Made by a program: the position numbers and the translations under genes
NCBI RefSeq assembly: GCF_001194135.2
Contig: NC_068986.1
Coordinates: forward strand, 68,548,486-68,612,475
Length of the DNA: 63,990 bases
Direction of reading: 5' to 3'
Source of the DNA: Octopus bimaculoides
Lineage: Eukaryota
In this document: positions 48,216-60,205 of the stretch, one piece after another
Layout: every line of letters starts with the position of its first letter
Position numbering within the stretch: the stretch's first letter is position 1
Notes under the pieces: generated by a model
Seen by the model: the letters and a program-made list of their open reading frames with translations, nothing else
Databases searched by the model: none
Told to the model about the DNA's origin: nothing

Positions 48216-49607
48216 TCAGGTCATCCAATAAGCTCTGTCCAATTTTATCTTTTTTTAAATTGAATGAAATTTAATAGTATTTTAGAATGTGTAATGAAAT
48301 TTAAAATTATTTTTATGCATTTGTGTACATTTAAACTAATTAAATATTATTATAGAAGATGGTTTGCAAAATTCAGAAGTGGAGATTTCAGCCTTGAAGA
48401 TGAAGATCAAACAGGATGTCCAGTTGAGTTCGATGATAAGCTCCTTGAGGCATTACTTGAAGAAAATCCTGCATTATCAGTTGAAGAATAAAGCTTAGTT
48501 CAAACCATACAACTGTTCATCGTNNNNNNNNNNNNNNNNNNNNNNNNNNNNNNNNNNNNNNNNNNNNNNNNNNNNNNNNNNNNNNNNNNNNNNNNNNNNN
48601 NNNNNNNNNNNNNNNNNNNNNNNNNNNNNNNNNNNNNNNNNNNNNNNNNNNNNNNNNNNNNNNNNNNNNNNNNNNNNNNNNNNNNNNNNNNNNNNNNNNN
48701 NNNNNNNNNNNNNNNNNNNNNNNNNNNNNNNNNNNNNNNNNNNNNNNNNNNNNNNNNNNNNNNNNNNNNNNNNNNNNNNNNNNNNNNNNNNNNNNNNNNN
48801 NNNNNNNNNNNNNNNNNNNNNNNNNNNNNNNNNNNNNNNNNNNNNNNNNNNNNNNNNNNNNNNNNNNNNNNNNNNNNNNNNNNNNNNNNNNNNNNNNNNN
48901 NNAAAAAGACCCGCTTTAGTGAATCGAAAAGGAGTGATGTTTCATCAGGACAATGCATGATCCCACACTGCAAAGGTCACATCACAGAAGATCAAAAAGC
49001 TTGGCTGAGAAAAAATTCCTCATCCACCTTATTCTCCTGACCTTGCTCCTTCAGACTACTATTTGTTTCGTAGTTTACAGAATCATTAGGGGGACATAAC
49101 TTTTGCAAGCCAGGAGGAGGTCGAAACTGACATTTCAGAGTTCTTTGCTTTGAAACCAAAAGAGTTTTACATTGATGGGATTAAAAAGCTTGTAAATAGA
49201 TGAAAGGCAGTCATGGATAATCAAGGAAAGTACATTGATGATTAAATTTCAATTAAATATAACATTTGATCACTTAAAGTAGTTGTATACTGCCAACTTA
49301 ACGTGACAGTCCCAATAAGGGAATATACTACTGCTGTTTAGCCCTAGGAAGCCGGACTGCTTCCTATTAGGCCAAGGGCACAGGAAGTGTGTCAAGGCCT
49401 AATAGGAAGCGGTCCAGCTTCCTAGGGTTAAACAGCAGTAGTATATTCTCTTATTGGGACTGTCACGTTAAGTTGGCAGTATACAACTACTTTATCGCAT
49501 CACTACTGCTTAAGTCTCTCTGAGAGATTTAGAAATTTATTATTTCTAATATTTGATCACTTGTTTTCTGTATTCAAAATTCAAACAGAACTTATGGGAT
49601 GACCTGA
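48216..49607 (+). mobile_element. Mariner (DD34D) transposon, inactivated, spans an N gap and carries a hairpin insertion
   Basis: TA|TCAGGTCATCC(A/C)ATAAG.TCTGT TIRs. RRWFAKFRSGDFSLEDE before the gap; FHQDNA...HPPYSPDLAPSDYYLF...GKYIDD* after it, with internal stops. Confidence 0.93.
49276..49493. repeat. Near-perfect palindrome: 98-bp arms and 22-nt loop
   Basis: Arms 49276-49373 and 49396-49493 with 4 transition differences (left-arm positions 49320, 49341, 49353, 49358). Confidence 0.93.
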
Positions 49608-50474
49608 TATATATATCATCTTCAATGTAAATATTATAGTGACTAAAATTTTAAATACAATTTTTCTTATTATAAAAACAATTTACTATATGGAGCAATG
49701 AACTATATTAAATACTGATTATATCACCAAAATTAACCATATTTAATAATTCCAGCCAGCCATCTTCTCCACCCACTATTCCTGGAGTACTTAGGTGGGT
49801 TGGTATCAAAAGTGTTAATATCTTCTTGGTTTTGCCTTATTAGCCTTTTGAAATGCTTTAGCAGGTGAAATTTCATTTAACTATATTCCTTGAAGATGCA
49901 GAAGTGTACCTCCACATAGATTTGTATTTACAGCTCACTCATTAGCAGAAACATCATTATTTTCAACTGTAAATGCAATACTAAAGTGGCTCTTCCAGAA
50001 TCATAAGTCAAACAAAATTGCACCCATAAAAGTGTACTTGCAGGTTCAAAGGGTTAACCTGTTCATTAAAAGAGTATGAAGGAGAAGAATAATCAAAGAA
50101 AGAAAACAAGGTAACGAAGAGAAAATGAAAGAAAGTTAAAGAAGTAAAAAAAGGATGAAAGTAGACTAAAAAAACATGAAGAAAATCTGAGAAAATAAAG
50201 AGGAACCCAAGAAAAGAAAGAAAAACAAAATGATAAAGAAAAAAGAAAAGATCTTTAATCTGAGCCAATTTTACAGAAGACACATTTAAACAGAAATACA
50301 ATATGTTCATCTTTTCTATATTTACATTTAGTATTTTCCAAACGAGAAAAAAAGAGATTAATCATCTTTTATATGTAGCACTGATTGCCAATATACACAA
50401 CTGGGATGAGCAATAGAGTACGACTTGATTGCCAATATATAAAATTCTGATAAGCAATAGAATAAGACTGATAG

Positions 50475-50548
<74 letters not shown>

Positions 50549-50580
50549 CACNNNNNNNNNNNNNNNNNNNNNNNNNNNNN

Positions 50581-50621
<41 letters not shown>

Positions 50622-50799
50622 TTTCTGTGTATTTGGTGGTTGAAGAAATAGATGGTATAGACAAATATTTCAATTTGGGAGGTGGGGTACTTATTTAGTT
50701 TCTATTTTTATGCGACCTGTAATAGAATCCGAAGACACTGAGAGCAACAAGATCATTGAAAATGTTTTCCCATTTATCAATGACATATTTTTACTTCAT

Positions 50800-51212
50800 A
50801 GACATGGGCACAGGCATCACTGTGTGGTAAGAAGCTTGCATCCCAACCACATGGTTTCAGGTTCAGACCCACAGCATGGTACCTTGAGCAGGTGCCTCCT
50901 ACCATAGCCTCAGGTCAACCAAAGCCTTGTGAATGGATTTGGTAGAAAGAGACTGAAAGAAGTCCGCAATATATGTATATATGTATTTGTGTGTGAGTGT
51001 ATCTCTGTGTCTGTATTTGTTCCACCACTACCACTGGACAACTGGTGTTGGTGTACCTATGTCCCTGTAATTTAGTGGTTCAGCCAAAGAGACTGATATA
51101 ATAAGTACCAAGCTTAAAAAGACAAAATACTGGGGTTGATTCATTTGACTAAAAACTTCTTCGAGGCAGGGCCTCAGCATGGCTGCAGTCTAATGACTGA
51201 AACAAGTAAAAG
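50800..51212 (+). mobile_element. Family A SINE
   Basis: Head, CORE and tail. Further fragments at about 55330-55460, 55720-56035 and 56270-56540. Confidence 0.8.
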
Positions 51213-52431
51213 ATAAAAATTTGTGAGTATGTGTGCACAAACACACACACGCATAATAAATGTGCAAACATAGTTGTATGGCTAAAGGCTTACTATACAA
51301 CTACAGTTCCTGGTTCAATCCCACTCTGCAGCACCTCGGGTGAGTGCTTATCATAACCTTAGAATTGCATTTGGTAGACGGATTCTGTTCAGATACTTGT
51401 TGTGTACGTGTATATGAGAGAGGGAGGGAGGGAGGTAGTGTGTGATTGCATATGTTTATGTTTGCACTGATTAAAAACAAAACACTGCACTAACTCCACT
51501 CATTTCTTTTCCTCCAAGTCCAAGAGGACATCAAACAATGCATTGTACAAACCAGAGTTGCAGAATAAATATTTAGATCTATAGATAAAAGTATCAATGG
51601 CAAAACAATAGAATGTGTATAGATTTCACAAGGCTTTTGTTGAAGAAGTTCCTTACCCAGGAACACAGACTTCAATGACTAGAATCTAAAGAAAGAATAC
51701 TGTATTATTATTATAGTGTACCACCAGGGTTAGCTTTGTGTTTTATATACCTTTGTTCATAAAATAAATATACTGGAAGGCATTACAATTGGATAAGTAG
51801 AAGAATAATACAAATGATACACTGCTGTCACTAAATGTCTGACAATATAATGTTCATTCAACTCTTATGAATACAGATTCTGAGTTTTTATTTTTTAATC
51901 TATAATGGTGGCAGTTGGTGAAGAAATAAATCCCAGTAATATACTGTGAGTCAATTTAGTTAACTATATCTCTCCTACAAAAACTGGCTTCAAATCAATG
52001 TCAGAAATGATTTTTAATAAAAGTCTTGACATTATATTTCCAGGTACTCACTGTAGTCTACAGAAACTTTCTTCTATTCTATTGATGTATTTTCTTAACC
52101 TTCCTGAATGGTATTCTCATTCTCTACCTGCACTGCCAATATTTGATTATTTAAAATGTAAATCTTCTGTCAAATAGCTAGCAATATAGCTATAAATCTT
52201 GCATGTACACATGCTGCATATCTGTTTGTTGTTTCCTTATATATACACACACACGCACACACGAAACTGGCAACATTTTCTTGCTTTTCCAGTTTATCAA
52301 GGACATAGAGCAAATATCATTTCAGTTACAAATCATACTTCCAAGATTTTAAAGTTTAAGGTCTTTACTGTAATGAAAGTCATTTATCTCTTCACATTTG
52401 CTCCAATTTAAATAATAAAATAAGAACAATA

Positions 52432-53588
52432 CAGCAGTAATCCCTCAACTATAGCAGGTATTACATTCCACCCCCACCCCTGCAATAGGAGAAAATCTGC
52501 GAAGTAGAAACAATACTGTATTTTTTTTTTTTTTAGTATTTTTATAATTTTTATAAATTTTGTATGTGTATTTGGTGTGCAAGATTCTTGATGTGAATAC
52601 GTGTGTTGAAAGAAATACTATTAAACCTTGGGAGAGGCATTATGCCAGTAATAAACACACGCACTGGTTCGGTCCTTTATTTATTTATAAACAGTTTTTA
52701 TTTTTTTATTTATTTTTTTTTTTGTTAAATCATTTCATTGCNNNNNNNNNNNNNNNNNNNNNNNNNNNNNNNNNNNNNNNNNNNNNNNNNNNNNNNNNNN
52801 NNNNNNNNNNNNNNNNNNNNNNNNNNNNNNNNNNNNNNNNNNNNNNNNNNNNNNNNNNNNNNNNNNNNNNNNNNNNNNNNNNNNNNNNNNNNNNNNNNNN
52901 NNNNNNNNNNNNNNNNNNNNNNNNNNNNNNNNNNNNNNNNNNNNNNNNNNNNNNNNNNNNNNNNNNNNNNNNNNNNNNNNNNNNNNNNNNNNNNNNNNNN
53001 NNNNNNNNNNNNNNNNNNNNNNNNNNNNNNNNNNNNNNNNNNNNNNNNNNNNNNNNNNNNNNNNNNNNNNNNNNNNNNNNNNNNNNNNNNNNNNNNNNNN
53101 NNNNNNNNNNNNNNNNNNNNNNNNNNNNNNNNNNNNNNNNNNNNNNNNNNNNNNNNNNNNNNNNNNNNNNNNNNNNNNNNNNNNNNNNNNNNNNNNNNNN
53201 NNNNNNNNNNNNNNNNNNNNNNNNNNNNNNNNNNNNNNNNNNNNNNNNNNNNNNNNNNNNNNNNNNNNNNNNNNNNNNNNNNNNNNNNNNNNNNNNNNNN
53301 NNNNNNNNNNNNNNNNNNNNNNNNNNNNNNNNNNNNNNNNNNNNNNNNNNNNNNNNNNNNNNNNNNNNNNNNNNNNNGACACCACACACTCGCCTCCTGA
53401 GTTTCGTTTTCCATACAGTATGTGTGATTCTTTATTTACTCGGCTATGGTACACTATATATTTTCTTCTAATATATTTTAATTAATGTGTTATACAGTAC
53501 AGTACTGTACTGTATGTGTATTAATTTATTAATTTTGGGGCATGAAAACGCTAATTTTATCACAGAAATAATTAAAATCTAAAAAAAA
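52432..53588. mobile_element. pogo/Tigger-like DNA transposon relic: left TIR plus interior, broken by an N gap
   Basis: TA|CAGCAGTAATCCCTCAACTATAGCAGG...GAAAATCTGCGAAGTAG resembles Tigger-type termini. The right end is not seen, and linkage across the gap is inferred. Confidence 0.5.
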
Positions 53589-53990
53589 CCAACCAACACC
53601 ATCACCAACTGGCATGTGTGTCACACTTGGATGACAATATAGTAAACACTTCATCTAAATGTGATTTTTGTATCATAAAAAGAAAATTTTCCTCCATCTG
53701 ACGAATTTCTAATAGCGCATTCCTTACATGTCTATCTAATATGTAAATCATTGTAATTCCTATTAGCAAAAGAAACATGTGTAATGGGGAATAAATAATA
53801 CCAAAACATTTCCACTTCCCTGTTTTGTTATACAATAACTCTGCAAATAATATTTCCATAATTCTCAATTTTAACATGTATTTTGACTGACATATGGCAG
53901 CAACTATGGATACATACTGATTACAATAATGGAATAAGTAGATGTGCTTCAAGATGAAACAGTTGGGATTTACCCTAACTGCATAACACA

Positions 53991-54013
53991 TAGACAGATA
54001 GATAAGTAGATAG

Positions 54014-54070
<57 letters not shown>

Positions 54071-54207
54071 CAGACAGATAGATAGATATGGACAGACAGA
54101 CAGACAGATAGATATGGACAGACAGACAGATAGATAGATATGGACAGACAGACAGACAGATAGATATGGACAGACAGACAGATAGACAGACAGACAGATA
54201 GACAAAC

Positions 54208-54253
<46 letters not shown>

Positions 54254-54267
54254 GTAGACAGATAGAT
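53991..54267. repeat. Compound (GATA)n/(GACA)n microsatellite
   Basis: Directly visible. Many (TA)n, (CA)n, (GA)n and (GAT)n tracts also occur, for example at 8580-8621, 20600-20697, 38906-38955 and 47233-47272. Confidence 0.95.
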
Positions 54268-54818
54268 GTCAAGTTACTTGTGAGGTCTCTCATGAATGCT
54301 ACTCATAGCATGGAAATCTAGTACAACCCTTTGTATGGTCAGGTCATGAGCACTTATACCAGCAGCTCCACCAGGTTAGCCTGGTGAAAAGGGTTGTTAG
54401 AAACCCAGGAGGACTAAAAATAAGACCTGTCAAAAGAATGGATGAACCTAGTGTTAATTCAACAACTATCTAGCAACAACATGGACTCTTAAAAATTCCG
54501 AGTTGGTATTCAGCATGCTGGAAGACCACAGGAAGTGAGGAGCCTCTCAACATTTATTAAAGCATATCTCTAAAAGAATGTCACTCAGATATAAAACCAG
54601 ATATGTAGGGAGTGGTATTGGACATTTTGCGAATATTTTTGTTTGAGTTTGAGATCATGGCACTTCCACACTAGCCTGTGATGTATATTAGCACTAGATA
54701 TTGTTTCAGCTTGTCTCTGGATTATGTCAATAGGGCAGAGAAGGTCTATGAGGTGCTGTACAAGACTTATTGAACTTAAGATTTTGCACACACTGTGTCA
54801 GTGATGATCATATATGTG

Positions 54819-54849
<31 letters not shown>

Positions 54850-54850
54850 T

Positions 54851-55169
54851 ACGTCAAGATCACCAGCATTCTATCTCCCACACACAGCCCCTCGTTCTTC
54901 GATCACCGTTTGTTATCTCCCCCTTTTCTTAGCTCTCCTGAAAAAAGAATTTCTAACTTCCGGTCAGCCATTATTAGCCATTATTATGATTGACCGTTGA
55001 CTGAACACTATTCAATTTTTTTTCTCCGTGTCTCCGTATTCTTTCTGTTGAAGAGCGTAGCTCGAAACGTCAAAGACTTTCCGTATTCCCGAGCGTCATA
55101 CTAATACATCCTTTTGTTATTTACACCACCTGTCCTTGTCTGTTGTTGTTTTTTCGTACATTCTCGCAT
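54851..55169 (+). mobile_element. Penelope-type non-autonomous repeat, copy 2, inserted in a (TA)n tract
   Basis: CpG-rich and flanked on both sides by (TA)n. About 93% identical by eye to the reverse complement of 27637-27846. Contains a hammerhead-like motif. Confidence 0.6.
55040..55076 (+). ncRNA. Minimal type-I hammerhead-ribozyme-like motif with a non-canonical core
   Basis: TCTTT-CTGTTGA-A-GAGC gta GCTC-GAAA-CGTC-AAAGA: stem I (5 bp), stem II (4 bp), palindromic ACGT in place of stem III, and a GUC cleavage triplet. The core has U instead of A at position 6. Confidence 0.5.
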
Positions 55170-57744
55170 ATATATATATATATATAGGCAAATCCAAGAT
55201 AAAAACAACAAAAGTCAAAAGGACATACACAGTGAATATAATAGGTTGATGTTCAGCATAAGATGGAAAAAAGAGTGGGATGTTATGTTTTGAGCATAGC
55301 TCATCATCAGACAGAGAAAAAGGTCTGTATACACACACACACACACAACACAAACTTCTTTCAGTTTTTTGTCTACCACAACCACTTACAAGGCTTTGGT
55401 CTAGAATAGAAGACAATTGTCCAAGGTGCTGTACAGTAGAACTGAACTCAAGACCACAGGGTTTTAAACAAAGTGTACATAAAGAAATATATACAAATGT
55501 TTCTAAAATCCATAAAAGAGTATATTCCAACATAATGACTTTCTTACTATGATTAGTTATTCAAAAGGTTACATGCAACCTTAAGGTTGCAGGTTTCCAC
55601 CTCTCAAGCTAATCTATAGTTCATATATTGCTTTATTTTTCTAACTTGGATTGAGTAGGTACGGTAGTGCCTATGGGTATTTCAGGTCTCCTTATAGTAA
55701 TGAAATATTTAAAAAGTATGCTTGGTTGTATGGTAAGAAGCTAGCTGCCCAACCACATGGTTTCAAGTTCAGTCCCATTCTGTGGCATCTTGGGCAAGTG
55801 TCTTCTACTATAGCCTCGGGCTGACCAAAACCTTTTGAATAGGTTTNNNNNNNNNNCTGCCTTTTGACAACTGGTGATGGTTTGTTTACAGCCCTGGAAC
55901 TTAGCAGTTCAGCAAAAGAGACCAACAGAATAAGTACTGGACTTAAAAATAAGTACTGGGGTTGATTTGTTTGACTAAAAACTCTTCCAGGTGGTGCCCC
56001 ACCATGGCTGCAGTCTAATGACTAAAACAAGTGACAGATGGAAGATAAATTTATAAACTTTTCTGTTTTTAGAATATTTTACATCCAGAAGTAGAATAAT
56101 GAATGAAATGATAAATAGGGAGAGCTTCTAACAGTGCAGAAAGTTTTTAAAAACAAATCTTTAAATTTTGGGCACAAAATATAAAGGTTGATTCATTTGA
56201 CTAAACCCTTCAAGGCAGATCTCCAACATGACCACAGTCAATGACTGAAACAAGTACATCTGTATACTCTTTTACTGGTTTTACTCATTGGAATGCAGTC
56301 TTGCTGGGATACTGTATTAATGCTTTAAAGTCTGGTTGTTATTCTATCAAACTTTTTGCCAAACTGCTAGGTTACAGGGAGGTAAACACACTGTCAAGCA
56401 GTAGTGAGAGACAAACACATATGATGGGCACCAGCACTGTTTTTCTTTTCCAAATTCATTCACAAGGCGTAGGAGTGGCTGTGTGGTAAGTAGCTTGCTT
56501 ACCAACTACATGGTTCTGAGTTCAGTCCCACTGCGTGGCAACTTTTTTTTAGATTTTAATTATTTCTGTGATAAAATTAGCGTTTTCATGCCCCAAAATT
56601 AATAAATTAATACACATACAGTACAGTACTGTACTGTATAACACATTAATTAAAATATATTAGANNNNNNNNNNNNNNNNNNNNNNNNNNNNNNNNNNNN
56701 NNNNNNNNNNNNNNNNNNNNNNNNNNNNNNNNNNNNNNNNNNNNNNNNNNNNNNNNNNNNNNNNNNNNNNNNNNNNNNNNNNNNNNNNNNNNNNNNNNNN
56801 NNNNNNNNNNNNNNNNNNNNNNNNNNNNNNNNNNNNNNNNNNNNNNNNNNNNNNNNNNNNNNNNNNNNNNNNNNNNNNNNNNNNNNNNNNNNNNNNNNNN
56901 NNNNNNNNNNNNNNNNNNNNNNNNNNNNNNNNNNNNNNNNNNNNNNNNNNNNNNNNNNNNNNNNNNNNNNNNNNNNNNNNNNNNNNNNNNNNNNNNNNNN
57001 NNNNNNNNNNNNNNNNNNNNNNNNNNNNNNNNNNNNNNNNNNNNNNNNNNNNNNNNNNNNNNNNNNNNNNNNNNNNNNNNNNNNNNNNNNNNNNNNNNNN
57101 NNNNNNNNNNNNNNNNNNNNNNNNNNNNNNNNNNNNNNNNNNNNNNNNNNNNNNNNNNNNNNNNNNNNNNNNNNNNNNNNNNNNNNNNNNNNNNNNNNNN
57201 NNNNNNNNNNNNNNNNNNNNNNNNNNNNNNNNNNNNNNNNNNNNNNNNNNNNNNNNNNNNNNNNNNNNNNNNNNNNNNNNNNNNNNNNNNNNNNNNNNNN
57301 NNNNNNNNNNNNNNNNNNNNNNNNNNNNNNNNNNNNNNNNNNNNNNNNNNNNNNNNNNNNNNNNNNNNNNNNNNNNNNNNNNNNNNNNNNNNNNNNNNNN
57401 NNNNNNNNNNNNNNNNNNNNNNNNNNNNNNNNNNNNNNNNNNNNNNNNNNNNNNNNNNNNNNNNNNNNNNNNNNNNNNNNNNNNNNNNAGAGAGAGATGG
57501 ACAGAGAAGTTGTGTTTTTCTGGTATCATTACTGTTCATTTCTTAAAAAATAGTATTGATTTTTTTTCTTTTCAACCCATCAAGGCAGCAGCCACTTTCT
57601 CATGTGTGTTGAAAGTTTATTATTCTGATATATGCATTCACTGAGAAATTAGTGCAGAAGTGAGAAAATGAAGTATTGTATGCTACCTTTGATTTGCTGT
57701 TTCATGGCTCTGAGTTTAAATTACATAGTAAGTTTGGACATTCA

Positions 57745-58088
57745 TTCGTTGAAAGTTGGCTTCCCAGCCACATGGTTTCATGGGTTCAGTTCCACTGCAT
57801 GGCACCTTTGGCAAGTGTCTTCTGCAATAGCTCCAGGACAACCAAAGCCATGTGAGTAAATTTGATAGACGGAAACTGAAAGAAGCCTGTTGGTGCGCGT
57901 GTATGTCGACAACTTAACAACTGGTTTGTTTACATCTCTGTAACTTAGCAGTTCAGCAAAAGGACCCAACAGAAAAAGTACCAGATTTTTAAAATAAGTA
58001 CTGGGATCAATTTCTTTGACTAAAACCCTTCAAAGTGGTGCTCCAGCATGGTCACAGTCCAATGACAGAAACAACTAAAAGATAAAAG
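57745..58088 (+). mobile_element. Family A SINE, older copy
   Basis: CORE and tail motifs. Confidence 0.78.
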
Positions 58089-58173
58089 AACATGCATATC
58101 AATAATTCTACAAGGAGTAAAATTTAAATGGATGCCAACTAAGAAGGAACCAACTCGATCATTTTCTATTTAA

Positions 58174-58527
58174 CTCTTTAGCATTTACACAAGCCATATC
58201 CAGCCAAACTATTCTACATGTTTTTATGTTCAAACTGGCCAGATCTGGCCTCTCCCAGCTATCCTATAATGTCATCAACATCATCATCATCATCATTTAA
58301 CATCCATTTTCCATGCTGGCATAGATTGGACAGTTTGACAGAAGCTGATCAGGCTTCATGTCTGTTTTGGCATGGTTTCTATGGCTGGATGCCCTTCCTA
58401 ATGCCAACGTCATTCTAAAAATAAACAATCACATCATCAAAATCTCAAAGCAACAAGATAATGTTTGATTAATTCAAAATAATATGAATTAATGAGTAAG
58501 CCTTACATTTGACAGAATACGAAAGGG
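58174..58527. mobile_element. piggyBac-like MITE with a nested family C SINE
   Basis: TTAA|CTCTTTAGCATTT ... GAAAGGG|TTAA. The SINE at about 58270-58410 has GTCAT on both sides. Confidence 0.72.
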
Positions 58528-59996
58528 TTAATACAATGAAATTCCTCTAAGATATGAAATGGCTGAGAAGATAAGGTTCTGAACCACCAACACATCATGA
58601 GTTCAAATCCTCTGTAGGAGTTATGTTTCAGGTCAAAGCATTTAATTCTACAGTGCCACAGTTCTGGAAACAGGTAGTAGGTTACTAGGTTATTCTGACA
58701 AAGTTACTTCCAATAAATTAGTGTCCTTTCCAGAAGTCATCATCTCTTCCTTACTTAATAGGAAGTGGGGTTTAGCCGTGTAGTCAAAAGTCCACTTCAC
58801 GAGTACATAGTCTCAAGTTTCATCTCATTGCATAGCACTTTGGAGAAGTGTCATCTACAGTAGTTTCAAACTGATCAATATCCGTTTGAGTAGAATGGCA
58901 GGCAGAAACAGTATAAACAGTATATGCGCGCGCGTGCGTGCGTGTGTTTATATCAGTGTAGGGTGAGAACTGGTACATTCAAACAGAAATGCCATGCAGT
59001 CTTTAAGTTTGATTAAATTATTTCTTATAATGTCAATATTGATTTTACATTTTGTAGCTTATGGCACCAATAAAATAAGTACCACACAAACTACTTGAGT
59101 TGTTATAGTTGACTAAAAACCATTAAAGGTAGTGCGTCAGTAGGACTGCAGTCCAATCAGTAAACTAGTAAAAAAAATATAGGAATCGATGCTATAAAAA
59201 CACGAATTAAGCTCTTTGAATTTGCAGCACATTTCCATTTTTATGATAAGATGACTGGAGTAAAATATGCTTCATTGAATTTATACAATGCATGTGAGAT
59301 GACTTTAAACCCTGACCTAGTGTCTCAGCCACTTGTACCACTGTACCTGCAGATCATTGCCACTGCCACCATCATCATCATCATCATTCTTATATAATGT
59401 GCTTGCATAAATCAAACAGAATTTTGTTGAGACAAATTTTCTATGTGAAGATGCCGATGGCCTTCCTGTCACCAACTTTCACCTGTTTCCAGGTAAGGTA
59501 ATATTTCCCCGTGGCCAGAGGTGTTTTTCACAGAAGACTAGAGATGAACAACATTGCTTGTATGACGATGATGTTCGTTTATAGTAGCCATCATGTGATG
59601 TCAAGAATATATGGGAGGTGGAATAGAGGATTGGAGAGTGTGAATGAGTCAGTAAGTAAATTCATGAGAGTGTGAAAAGAGAGAAGTAAATGGATAGAGA
59701 TGGGGTAGAGGGAAATGCATTAGTCAACACAGGTAGATGGAGGGTGGGAATTGAGAAGTGGAATTGTAGGAGTGGGTGTTAAGAAGATGAGCTGAGGTGG
59801 GGAGAGTAACTGCATTGATGAGTTTATGTTTGAATTAAAAAAAAACAGAAGAGGAATGGTGAAAAGGCTAACAAATACCTACATAAGTTATAGAAGGGCT
59901 TATTCAAGAAGTTGTTTCTATGTCAGACTCAGCAGAAAATTCATGTCTATGTATTTGTTTTGCAAGATATCAGATGTGAAATCATGTGTTAAAACA

Positions 59997-60205
59997 GATA
60001 TTATTATATTTGGGTATGGTTATATTTTGCCAGACTAAACAGAACAAGAGAAGACACATGGGATAAAGAGTCACTGAAAAGGTCACAGGATGTATGATGA
60101 AAGTGCTTAGATGAAGGACACTGAAATAATAATAAAACTGAAGTGAAGACCAAATGCACGTGTCTAATTGGCAAAAATATGACCATCCCCAAATATAATA
60201 ATATC
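59997..60205. mobile_element. Deletion derivative of the 28890-29256 foldback MITE
   Basis: GATATTATTATATTTGGGTATGG ... CCATCCCCAAATATAATAATATC TIRs. Retains only one long arm. Confidence 0.8.

Noticed and set aside
50381-50476. Tandem unit of about 43 bp (GATTGCCAATATA...AGCAATAGA) in about 2.2 copies
   Set aside because: It is a small local duplication beside a (TA)n tract with nothing to suggest function.
51657-52127. Exon-like segments on the minus strand: 51657-51685 (tttag|...|gtaagg) and about 52052-52127 (...|gtgagt)
   Set aside because: They have no ATG in the frame needed to join the 34812 acceptor, no similarity to the Phafin N-terminus, and the second has a poor acceptor. They could be UTR exons but cannot be supported.
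8531-57539. Long ORFs of 140-303 aa in the track (8531-9224, 9923-10662, 48500-48973, 52560-53471, 56646-57539)
   Set aside because: They consist of N-gap X residues and (TA)n-derived IYIY runs, so they are artefacts.
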